DNA from: Gemmatimonadota bacterium
GTDB taxonomy: Bacteria > Gemmatimonadota > Gemmatimonadetes > Gemmatimonadales > GWC2-71-9
Direction of reading: 5' to 3'
Assembly (NCBI GenBank): GCA_031393795.1
Contig: JANMWE010000272.1
Span: forward strand, 1 to 43,772
Length of the DNA: 43,772 nucleotides
Positions 1 through 7,603 of the stretch are shown here, one piece after another (within the stretch, counting starts at the first letter, position 1; every line of letters begins with the position of its first letter). Below the pieces are notes generated by a model, which was given only the letters and a program-made list of their open reading frames with translations, was not told the origin of the DNA and searched no databases. Both the position numbers and the translations under genes were made by a program.

Positions 1-293
1 CGGCGGACCATTCGGCGGTCGGCAATCGAGACGCCCGCTTCGTGCTCAACCTGGCCGGCTCGTGGGAGCGGGGGGAGGAGGACGGCGCGAACATCGCCTG
101 GGCCCGCGACGCGTGGAACGACCTGAAGTCGTTCTCCACCGGCGGCACCTACATCAATTTCCTGACCGCGGACGAGGGCCCGGAGCGGACCGAGGCCGCC
201 CTCGGCAAGGGGCTCGCGCGGCTGGCGAAGATCAAGGCCCAGTGGGATCCGCAGAACAGCTTCCGTACCAACCGGAACATCACGCCGGGGTGA
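1..293 (+). CDS. FAD-linked oxidase, C-terminal berberine-bridge-enzyme-like (BBE) domain; 5' end lies outside the window
   Basis: The frame is open from base 3 with no stop. The tail ...GGTYINFLTADEG...KIKAQWDPQNSFRTNRNI is the typical BBE-type C-terminus. Stop TGA at 291-293. Confidence 0.7.
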   Translation, partial: ADHSAVGNRDARFVLNLAGSWERGEEDGANIAWARDAWNDLKSFSTGGTYINFLTADEGPERTEAALGKGLARLAKIKAQWDPQNSFRTNRNITPG

Positions 294-808
294 GTGAGCG
301 CTCAACGATCGTGATCGTCACCGGCGCCTCGGGTGCCGGCAAGACCACGCTGGTGCGCGCGCTCGAGGCGCGCGCACTCCCGGGGGTGCGGTGCCACTAC
401 TTCGACTCGCTCGGGGTCCCCTCGGGCGAGGCGATGATCGCGGAATACGGCTCCACCGCCGCGTGGCAGGAGGCGATGACTCGGCGCTGGATCACCCGGC
501 TGCAGAAGGAAGCTGCGCCCATCGCGGTGCTCGACGGACAGGTCGACATCGCGATGGCGCGCGACTGTCTTGCCGACGCGGGTGGACCCCCCAGCAGGAT
601 CATCCTGATCGATTGCGCCAACGCCGTGCGGGCGACCCGATTGCGAGAGCTCAGGGGGCAACCCGAACTGGCCAGCCGCGACATGGCGGTGTGGGCCACC
701 TTCCTTCGCTGGCAGGCAGGCACACAGGGCTCCCCGGTCATCGACACTTCCACTTCTTCCGTCGAGACGAGCGCGGATGCGCTCGCCCGATCGGTCCTCG
801 CTTCATGA
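290..808 (+). CDS. P-loop NTPase / small-molecule kinase-like protein
   Basis: GTG at 290 overlaps the upstream stop (GTGA). Walker A motif VTGASGAGKTT lies near the N-terminus. Size is about 172 aa. The track ORF start at 62 is an out-of-frame over-extension across the previous gene. Confidence 0.6.
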   Translation: MSERSTIVIVTGASGAGKTTLVRALEARALPGVRCHYFDSLGVPSGEAMIAEYGSTAAWQEAMTRRWITRLQKEAAPIAVLDGQVDIAMARDCLADAGGPPSRIILIDCANAVRATRLRELRGQPELASRDMAVWATFLRWQAGTQGSPVIDTSTSSVETSADALARSVLAS

Positions 809-2289
809 CGCGCGCATCGCTCATCGTCGCCGCCCTCGCGGCGGCCGCGTTCCCTGCGATGGCCGGCGCTCAGTCCTGCGGCACCCGCTGTGGCGCAGAA
901 CGGTGGGCGGTGAAGAGCTTCACGGACGGGGACACCGGTCGCGTCGACCTCACGCCGCGGGATGCCTCCGTGCTCGATCTGCGGGCGTTGCCCCGGCCGC
1001 CCCGGGTGGTCGCTGATCGCCGGAGCGAGGTCGAACGCCGTACCTATCGCGTGCGGGCCCTCCTGATCGGGTGGAAACACGAGCACGACGAAGACCTCCA
1101 CCTCGTCATCGCCGACTCGACCGACCCCGGGTCCACGATGATCGTCGAGATCCCGAGCGCCCGCTGCTCCCGTGTCTGCAGCTCCCCTCTCGTCGGGAAG
1201 ATGACCGACGCCCGCACGGCGACGATCTCGGAGTTGGGTCCCCCCTCCAATGCGTATCACCAGCTGCATCCGGCCCTTATGGTGACGATCATCGGGATCG
1301 GGTTCTTCGACTTCCTCCACGGCCAGACCGGGGTCGCACCCAACGGGATCGAATTGCATCCGGTCATCGACATCCAGTTCGGCGCTCCAGACGTCCCCGA
1401 CACCGTCGCGATCCGGTCTCTCGCCACCGACCTCGCCGCTGACTCAATGCGAGGACGCGGCCCCTGGACCCCCGAGGCCGCGGCCGCCGCCCGACGCCTC
1501 GCGGCCGAGCTCACCCGGCTCGGCGCCCAGCCGCTGCAAGGGACTTCGCTCCTGGTCCCCTTCGTCACCGCACCACGGCCCGGTGATACGGTATTCAACG
1601 TCATAGGGGTATTCCCCGCCCGCTCCGGCGCCGTCACCGACCAGCTCGTCGGGATCACCGCCCACCTCGACCACCTCGGCGTCGGTCCCCCCGACGCCAC
1701 CGGCGACTCGATCTACAACGGTTTCCTCGATGATGCCGTGGGGATGGCGATGGTGCTCGATGTCGCTCGACGCTTCGCCGAACACCCCGGCGATCGGTCG
1801 CTGGTGGTGTTGTTCTTCAACCTCGAGGAAAAGGGTCTCCTCGGGTCCCGCGCCTGGGCCGGCGCGCCGGGGACCCCTGCGCTGATGCACCGCTTCCAGC
1901 TGGTGCTCGGCGTCGACGCCGGCGCACCCGCTGGCGAGGCGCTGAATTGGGAACTGATGGGCGCACTCCCCGACCACCCCGGTGCGCGCCTCGCCGATTC
2001 ACTGGCGCGGAGCCGAGGGTGGGTGACGCGCCCGACTCCCGCCCGGGGGATCTCTGACGCGTACATTTTCGCGCTCGCAGGTCTCCCCATCCTCTTCCCC
2101 ATCCCCGGCGACCAGTGGCGCGGCTACACCCCGGAGCAGCGCGCCGCCGCGATGACCCGCTTCGACCACTATCACCAGCAGGCCGACCAGCCCGACAACG
2201 CCTTTCCCCTGGTCGGGACCCTTAAGTTCGCCGACTGGCTCTGGCAGATCGTGCGTGAGGCCACCAGCGCCTCGGCCACGCCACGCTGA
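805..2289 (+). CDS. Secreted fusion protein: Cys-rich N-terminal domain (ERWAVK...HLVI...ELHPV motifs) plus M28-family metallopeptidase domain
   Basis: ATG at 805 overlaps the upstream stop (ATGA). Signal-peptide-like MTRASLIVAALAAAAFPAMAGAQ. M28 motifs ITAHLDHLG, NGFLDDAVGMA, FFNLEEKGLLGS and FDHYHQQAD are present. The track start at 391 is an over-extension. Confidence 0.75.
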   Translation: MTRASLIVAALAAAAFPAMAGAQSCGTRCGAERWAVKSFTDGDTGRVDLTPRDASVLDLRALPRPPRVVADRRSEVERRTYRVRALLIGWKHEHDEDLHLVIADSTDPGSTMIVEIPSARCSRVCSSPLVGKMTDARTATISELGPPSNAYHQLHPALMVTIIGIGFFDFLHGQTGVAPNGIELHPVIDIQFGAPDVPDTVAIRSLATDLAADSMRGRGPWTPEAAAAARRLAAELTRLGAQPLQGTSLLVPFVTAPRPGDTVFNVIGVFPARSGAVTDQLVGITAHLDHLGVGPPDATGDSIYNGFLDDAVGMAMVLDVARRFAEHPGDRSLVVLFFNLEEKGLLGSRAWAGAPGTPALMHRFQLVLGVDAGAPAGEALNWELMGALPDHPGARLADSLARSRGWVTRPTPARGISDAYIFALAGLPILFPIPGDQWRGYTPEQRAAAMTRFDHYHQQADQPDNAFPLVGTLKFADWLWQIVREATSASATPR

Positions 2290-2328
2290 ACTCCCGGGGT
2301 CAGCCAGATCCCCCGGCCCCGATAGCGA

Positions 2329-2358
2329 GCGGCGGGCCCCCCTGTGGGAGCCCGCCGT
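2329..2358. terminator. GC hairpin between convergent genes (GGCGGGC-N12-GCCCGCC)
   Basis: 7-bp stem at 2331-2337 / 2350-2356, between the stop at 2289 (+) and the stop at 2418 (-). No clear U tract. Confidence 0.35.
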
Positions 2359-2417
2359 TGCCCTGCTATGTGCTGTCAGTGCGCCATGCGCTACCGAGTG
2401 GTCCGCGTGCTACTGAT

Positions 2418-2588
2418 TCACGCCGCTTCCTGCTCGAACTCGCCTTGCAGCCCCAGGGAGGATGGTTTGACGTCGGGGGTCGTCGACATCGACGGCTGGG
2501 GCGGTGCAGTGGACGTCGGCGCAGTCAACTCGTACTTGGCCGGCGCAAAGCCGGGCAGGGTGGAGAACGACTGAGCTTGGGAGTTCAT
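2418..2588 (-). CDS. Small hypothetical protein (56 aa, Ser/Thr/Pro-rich, acidic C-terminus)
   Basis: The ATG at 2588 is preceded by GCGGAGG with a 6-nt spacer. By hand count about 46 of 56 codons end in G or C, matching the coding bias of neighbouring genes. Sequence: MNSQAQSFSTLPGFAPAKYELTAPTSTAPPQPSMSTTPDVKPSSLGLQGEFEQEAA. I recognise no family. Confidence 0.45.
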   Translation of the reverse strand: MNSQAQSFSTLPGFAPAKYELTAPTSTAPPQPSMSTTPDVKPSSLGLQGEFEQEAA

Positions 2589-2786
2589 TGTGGGCCTCCG
2601 CAACGACGACTTCGATCGACGACGACCACCTGACATTCCTCACCGGCAAGTATGTCGAATCCGCACCCCCGCGACCATCGCTCGTTGGGGTGAAAGAAGA
2701 GGTACACCCAGGCAGGGGAGGCCGGTGCCGACGAGTCACCCGAAAGGACCACCCGCCCGGCGCAGCGCGCGGATGCCGATCGGCCC

Positions 2787-2806
2787 CGTCAGGCAAAACC
2801 CTGACG
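2787..2806 (-). terminator. Short hairpin downstream of the GH130 gene (CGTCAGG-N6-CCTGACG)
   Basis: 7-bp perfect stem about 30 nt after the GH130 stop (2838) on the minus strand. Confidence 0.3.
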
Positions 2807-2837
2807 AGGCCGAAGGTGCTGCACTGGGGGATGTCCG

Positions 2838-3824
2838 CTATTTGGTCTGGAGCGCCGGCTCGAGGACACCCACGACGCTGCCGTGCTTGTCCAGCCAAGT
2901 GAGGATCTGCTTGATGCTCCCGGTGGCGAGAGCGATGCTGGTATCCGCCGCCCCGTAATACATGTTGATCGTGTCTCCATCGGCCCCGAGGGTGTAACCA
3001 CAGGGGAAGGCCACGTTCCCCACATCCCCCAGGCATTCGTACGGCGCCTCGGGCCCGAACACCCACATATCCCCCCGCCGCAGGCAGTGCTCGGGTCGCT
3101 CGAGGTCCAGGAGCGCCAGACCAAGCCGGTACAGCGCCCCCGACGCGGTCCGCCGCACCCCGTGGTAGATCATCAGCCACCCGCGCGAGGTCTCGATCAG
3201 CGGCGGCGAGAGCCCCACCTTGTTCGCGTCCCACCAGGCGCCCCGCCGGGCCTGCAGCACCAGCTTGTGCCCGCCCCAGTTGGTCAGGTCGGGCGAATAC
3301 GAGATCCAGATGTGCGCCCCCGAATCGGCGATCGGCCGGTGGAGCAGCGCATAGTTCCCGTCGATCTTCCTCGGCAACAGCGCCGCATCCTTGTCGTCCG
3401 GCTGCATCACCAGCCCCAGCCGCTCGAAGTTCCGGAAGTCCTTCGTCAGCGCCAGCGCCACGCCCGGGCCCCCTCGGCTGAAGGCCGTGTAGGCGACGGC
3501 GTACTTCCCCAGGTCCTCCATGTACGTGATCCGCGGGTCCTCGATCCCCCAGAGCTCCTCCGGATACTTGTCCGGCTCGGCTCGGAAGGTCGGCGTCTTG
3601 TCGATCACCCACCCGTCGACGCCGTTCTTCGAGCGCGCCGCGCAGAGGTGCGAATGCCCGCGGCGATCCTCCACCCGGCAGAGCAGCAAGGTGGTCCCGT
3701 CATCCAGCAGCGTGGCACCGGCATTGAACACCGTGTGGGCCGGGTAGGGCCAGTCGGCCGCGGTCAGGATCGGGTTGGCAGGGTGCCGCTCGAACAGGAC
3801 TTCGTAGTGCTGTCGTGGGGTCAT
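2838..3824 (-). CDS. GH130-family glycoside phosphorylase/hydrolase (beta-mannoside phosphorylase-like, DUF377 type)
   Basis: 328 aa. Typical GH130 blocks are NPILT...VFNAGA, WGIEDPRIT, LLPRKI, LLHRP, IWISYSPDL, WWDANKVGLSPP and MIYHGV. The ATG overlaps the upstream GT4 stop (ATGA at 3821-3824). Confidence 0.85.
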   Translation of the reverse strand: MTPRQHYEVLFERHPANPILTAADWPYPAHTVFNAGATLLDDGTTLLLCRVEDRRGHSHLCAARSKNGVDGWVIDKTPTFRAEPDKYPEELWGIEDPRITYMEDLGKYAVAYTAFSRGGPGVALALTKDFRNFERLGLVMQPDDKDAALLPRKIDGNYALLHRPIADSGAHIWISYSPDLTNWGGHKLVLQARRGAWWDANKVGLSPPLIETSRGWLMIYHGVRRTASGALYRLGLALLDLERPEHCLRRGDMWVFGPEAPYECLGDVGNVAFPCGYTLGADGDTINMYYGAADTSIALATGSIKQILTWLDKHGSVVGVLEPALQTK

Positions 3825-6256
3825 CGATTCCCCGAGCGCATGTCGCGCAGGGCCAGGAGGAAGGAAATGGTCGATTCGGCGCCTTGGTTCTCATTCACCC
3901 GGTCGGCGTGCAATCCATCGCGGCACCCGCCGGTCGAGGCGTCGTACAGTGGCCGGTGAAGGTCGTTCTGCCCCAGGAACCAGCCGAACGCTGCGCTGGC
4001 GTAGGTGGACCACCGCCCCGCACCGGTGATCCGGTGCGCGTCGAGGCAGGCCGAGACCATCCCGCACGCCTCCACCGGCTGCTGGTCGTATCGCGCGGGG
4101 CTCGAACCCCGCCGGAAGAATCCGTTCGAACCGATGGGCGCGAAGTATCCCCCCGGCGACCGCTGCACCTCGGCCAGCCACTCGAGCGATTCGAGCCCGA
4201 CGTGCAGGATGTCGTCCCGTGCCATCGCCGCCCCTGACAGGATCAACGCCTGCGGGAGACGGGAGTTGCCGTAGGTGACGTGGTCCTCGAACCAGGGCCA
4301 CCCCTCCCCGCGCGCGCGGGAGTGGAGGTCCACCAGCCGCCCCACGAGCAGGCTCCGCATCCCCTGCACGTTGGTGTCCCCGCCGAAGGCCCGCAGGTAC
4401 TCGTCGATGCCCAGGAGGGCGTAGGCCCACGCCCGCGGGCTCGAGAAGTGCGCCAACACCGGAAGTGCGGCGTGGAAAAGGTCACCGCTCAGGCTCTGCC
4501 GCCCCGGATCGCGTGCGTGCCCCATCACGGTGCCGAGCGCCCAGATGGCCCGGCCGTGACTGTCCTCGGAGCCTTGCGCCTCCCCCCACGTCCGCCCGTA
4601 GGTCAGGAAATTCCGGAACCGCCCCGAGTCGGGATGGAAGGCGTGGCTCACGAAGGCGAGATAGCTCGTCGCGATCCCCCGCACCGCCCGTCGTTCCACG
4701 ATGCCGCTCTCCTCAAGGAGGACGAGGAGCATCAGGGCCCGCGCGTTGTCATCCAGACAGTACCCTTCCTCGTAGCGTGGCACCACGAACGACGCGTGCT
4801 GCAGGATGCCGGTATCGTCGGTCAGGCATCGGAGATGGTCGAGGTTCACCTCGGGCAGCCCTGCCGGCCGCTCGGCCAACGTGCGAGCGCGGAACGCGCT
4901 GCGCCGGCGCTCGGCGCGCGAGACCACGGCCCGTTCCAGGCTCGCCACGTGCCCCCGCGCCACCGATCGCCATGCCATCCCGCGCCCGTACTCTCCCGCC
5001 CGCTGGCGCATCCCGGCACAGCGCTCGGGATCGTTCAGGAGCCCGATCACTTCGTGCGCGATGGCCCCGGCGTCCCGCGCGGGGACCAGGATCCCGCGCC
5101 CGTCGGCCAGCAGCTCCTTCGCGTAGCGGTAGGGGGTCGAGATGACCGCCTTCCCCGCGCCCACCGCGTACGCGAGGGTGCCCGAGGTGATCTGTTCCGG
5201 GTTGAGATAGGGCGTGACATAGATGTCGGCCGAGGAGAGGAATTCCCCCAGTTCGGCTTGGCTCACGAAGCGGTCATGGAAGATGATGCTGCCGTCCACA
5301 CCGAGCCGCTGAGCCCGGGCCTCGAGCATCAGCCGGTAGGTCTCCCCCGACTGTTCCAGGACGTGCGGATGGGTGGCGCCGAGGATGATATAGACCGTCT
5401 CGGGGTGCACGGCCAGGATCGAGGGCAGGGCGTCGATCACGTACTCGATCCCCTTGTCCGGCGAGAGGAGGCCGAAGGTCAGGATCACCGACTTCCCCGC
5501 CACGCCGAGCCGGTCCTTGTCCCCCGGGGCGAACATGACCTCGGGGATGCCGTGGGGGATGAGGTCGATCTTCTCCGCGGCGACGCCGTGCACCTGCTGC
5601 AACAACGCGGAGCCGTGCGCGCTCATCACCACCAAGCGCTCCGACAAGCGGACGATCTCGTCCATCACCCGCCGCTGGATCGGATCGGGGGCGGCCAGGA
5701 TGGTGTGCAGCGTCGTCACGATCGGCATCCGGAGCTCGGCCAGGAGCGAGAGGATGAGGGTCCCGGACTTCGCGCCGAAGATGCCGTACTCGTGCTGGAG
5801 CGAGACGGCATCGACGTTGGAGACGTTGAGGAAGTCCACGGCTCGCCGGTACGAGGCGACGTCGTTCTCCTCGATCTCGAACCGGACCATCGGCGGGTAG
5901 ATGTGATGTCGCCCGGCATCGTTCATCGCCAACACGAAGCAGCCGAGCTCAGGGTACTCCTCCACGATCGCGGCGCCGAGGTCGGTGGTGAACGTGGCGA
6001 TGCCGCACTGCCGCGGCAGATGATTGCCGAGGAGCGCGACGGCCTGGAGCGTCGAGCGGATGGGTGCAAGGGCGCCCCGTTCGCCATTCGTCGCTACGCG
6101 AGGCGCCGGAACGGGGAGGGGCGGAGCTGAGAGGGCCAACGGACCGTCTGACTGGCACTGCAAGGGAAAGGACCGACGTTCATCATCGACAGGGATCGGT
6201 CGGTGCCGACGATCGGTCCTCGGGGATGGCGCACAAGTATACCCCATTCCGCCCAC
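3821..6256 (-). CDS. Family-4-like glycosyltransferase with a long (~400 aa) non-GT C-terminal domain
   Basis: The N-terminal half has a GT-B/GT4 layout (LPRQCGIATFTTDL..., LQHEYGIFG, EPFGLL-like LLSPDKGIEY, TPYLNPEQITSGTLAYAVGAGKAVISTPY). The C-terminal half (from LDHLRCLTDDTGILQHA...) is helical-repeat-like. The start is uncertain: GTG at 6256 or ATG at 6247. Confidence 0.8.
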   Translation of the reverse strand: MGGMGYTCAPSPRTDRRHRPIPVDDERRSFPLQCQSDGPLALSAPPLPVPAPRVATNGERGALAPIRSTLQAVALLGNHLPRQCGIATFTTDLGAAIVEEYPELGCFVLAMNDAGRHHIYPPMVRFEIEENDVASYRRAVDFLNVSNVDAVSLQHEYGIFGAKSGTLILSLLAELRMPIVTTLHTILAAPDPIQRRVMDEIVRLSERLVVMSAHGSALLQQVHGVAAEKIDLIPHGIPEVMFAPGDKDRLGVAGKSVILTFGLLSPDKGIEYVIDALPSILAVHPETVYIILGATHPHVLEQSGETYRLMLEARAQRLGVDGSIIFHDRFVSQAELGEFLSSADIYVTPYLNPEQITSGTLAYAVGAGKAVISTPYRYAKELLADGRGILVPARDAGAIAHEVIGLLNDPERCAGMRQRAGEYGRGMAWRSVARGHVASLERAVVSRAERRRSAFRARTLAERPAGLPEVNLDHLRCLTDDTGILQHASFVVPRYEEGYCLDDNARALMLLVLLEESGIVERRAVRGIATSYLAFVSHAFHPDSGRFRNFLTYGRTWGEAQGSEDSHGRAIWALGTVMGHARDPGRQSLSGDLFHAALPVLAHFSSPRAWAYALLGIDEYLRAFGGDTNVQGMRSLLVGRLVDLHSRARGEGWPWFEDHVTYGNSRLPQALILSGAAMARDDILHVGLESLEWLAEVQRSPGGYFAPIGSNGFFRRGSSPARYDQQPVEACGMVSACLDAHRITGAGRWSTYASAAFGWFLGQNDLHRPLYDASTGGCRDGLHADRVNENQGAESTISFLLALRDMRSGNR

Positions 6257-6540
6257 CCCATCGGGGTGAAATATCTTCGGTGTTCGTTCGGTCAGCCGAA
6301 GGAATGAGAAGCCCGGACCCCCCCGACTGGCGCCGGGGGGGTCGATGGCCTATCTTCATTGCGGCTGGTCGTGCGAGTGTACGACCTAACTTCCAGTGAA
6401 CGATCAGGGGCTGGCCTGGCGCCGGCCCCTTCCTCGTAAGCAGAAGGGCTGCCTCTCGTGAGGGCTCCAAATCACGAACAACCACGTAGTCGAGAGGTAC
6501 GGCTTGACCGGACTCCGATTACACACACAAGGAGCAGGTC

Positions 6541-6756
6541 ATGGCACGTACTACCGGCACGGTCAAGTGGTTCAACGACGCGAAGGGCTTCGGCTTCATC
6601 ACCCCGGACGGCGGCGCGAAGGATTGCTTCGTGCACCACTCGGCGATCCAGTCCGAGGGCTTCAAGTCCCTCGCCGAAGGTGAGAAGGTCGAGTTCGACA
6701 TGGTGCAGGGCCAGAAGGGCCCCGCGGCCGAGAAGGTCGTCAAGCTCGGCGCCTGA
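6541..6756 (+). CDS. cspA: Cold-shock protein (CspA family)
   Basis: 71 aa. Contains [15 protein letters not shown] (RNP1) and DCFVHHSAI (RNP2). SD AAGGAG lies 6 nt upstream. Confidence 0.95.
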   Translation: MARTTGTVKWFNDAKGFGFITPDGGAKDCFVHHSAIQSEGFKSLAEGEKVEFDMVQGQKGPAAEKVVKLGA

Positions 6757-6773
6757 ACGACTTCACGGTCGTC

Positions 6774-6814
6774 CGAAGCCGGTCTGCCCTCGGGCAGGCC
6801 GGCTTCGTCTTTAT
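6774..6814 (+). terminator. Intrinsic terminator of cspA
   Basis: CGAAGCCGGTCTGCC-CTCG-GGCAGGCCGGCTTCG: 15-bp stem with one G-U pair, followed by TCTTTAT. Confidence 0.7.
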
Positions 6815-6817
6815 ATT
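6812..6817 (+). promoter_or_regulatory. -10-like TATATT box 6 nt upstream of the kynA ATG (candidate leaderless promoter)
   Basis: Reads TATATTCCCCCCATG with no SD. The same arrangement occurs at lepA and, on the minus strand, at the DUF58 gene. Confidence 0.3.
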
Positions 6818-6823
6818 CCCCCC

Positions 6824-7603
6824 ATGCCCACCTACTCCGAATACCTGAAGATCGACGAGCTCCTCACGCTCCAGCGCCCCCTCTCGGACGGGCCGGAGCA
6901 TGACGAGATGCTCTTCATCGTCATCCACCAGGTCTACGAGCTCTGGTTCAAGCAGGTGATCCACGAGCTGGACCACCTCGAGCAGCTCCTCGGCCGGAAC
7001 GACGGGCGCCACGCCCGCCACACCCTCAAGCGCGTCCTCACCATCCTCAAGGTGATGGTCGGCCAGCTCGACATCCTCGAGACGATGACCCCGCTCGAGT
7101 TCCTCTCCTTTCGCGACCGCCTCGAATCGGGCTCCGGGTTCCAGTCCCACCAGTTCCGCGAGCTCGAGTTCTTCCTGGGCGTCAAGTCGCCCAAGGCCCT
7201 CGATCGCTACCCTGCGGACAGCGATGCCCGGAAGCGCCTGGTCGGTCGTCTCCACGCGCCGACCCTCTGGGATGCCTTCCTCCGGCACCTCGCCGCCAAC
7301 GGCGTCGCCGTCCCTGCCGCGGATCTCGCGCGCGACGTGACCCAACGGGTGCAGCCTTCTCCCGCCCTCCGCCCCGCCCTCATCGACGTCTATCGGACGA
7401 AGCCCGATCTCGCCGACCTCTGCGAGCGGCTGGTCGATCTGGACGAAGGGCTGATGGAGTGGCGCTACCGGCACGTGAAGATGGTCCAGCGCACCATCGG
7501 CACGAAGATGGGCACCGGCGGGAGCTCCGGCGCCGAATACCTCAAGACCACCCTCGACCAGCCCCTCTTCCCCGATCTCTGGACCATCCGGGCCGAGCTC
7601 TGA
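6824..7603 (+). CDS. kynA: Tryptophan 2,3-dioxygenase
   Basis: 259 aa. Begins YSEYLKIDELLTLQ...HDEMLFIVIHQVYELWFKQ; also FLSFRDRL..SGFQS.QFRELEF and WRYRHVKMVQRTIG.K.GTGGSSG.EYL. The track start at 6458 runs through cspA in another frame and is rejected. Confidence 0.9.
   Translation: MPTYSEYLKIDELLTLQRPLSDGPEHDEMLFIVIHQVYELWFKQVIHELDHLEQLLGRNDGRHARHTLKRVLTILKVMVGQLDILETMTPLEFLSFRDRLESGSGFQSHQFRELEFFLGVKSPKALDRYPADSDARKRLVGRLHAPTLWDAFLRHLAANGVAVPAADLARDVTQRVQPSPALRPALIDVYRTKPDLADLCERLVDLDEGLMEWRYRHVKMVQRTIGTKMGTGGSSGAEYLKTTLDQPLFPDLWTIRAEL

Noticed and set aside
391-804. 5' extension of the M28 fusion ORF. Analogous over-extended starts occur at 62-289, 7459-7602, 21662-21844, 29725-29820, 32143-32454, 33671-34063, 39043-39213, 41053-41187, 41307-42110 and 42729-42788.
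   Set aside because: Each extension overlaps the preceding well-supported gene or a repeat element. Internal starts give canonical N-termini, signal peptides, or stop/start overlaps (ATGA, GTGA, TGATG).
2410-3612. 400-aa minus-strand ORF overlapping the GH130 gene in another frame
   Set aside because: The GH130 frame has clear family motifs, whereas this frame is Arg/Gly/Ala-rich noise that also runs through the intergenic terminator.
6458-6823. 5' extension of the kynA ORF (381-aa version)
   Set aside because: It overlaps cspA in another frame and crosses the cspA terminator. TDO homology starts at the ATG at 6824.
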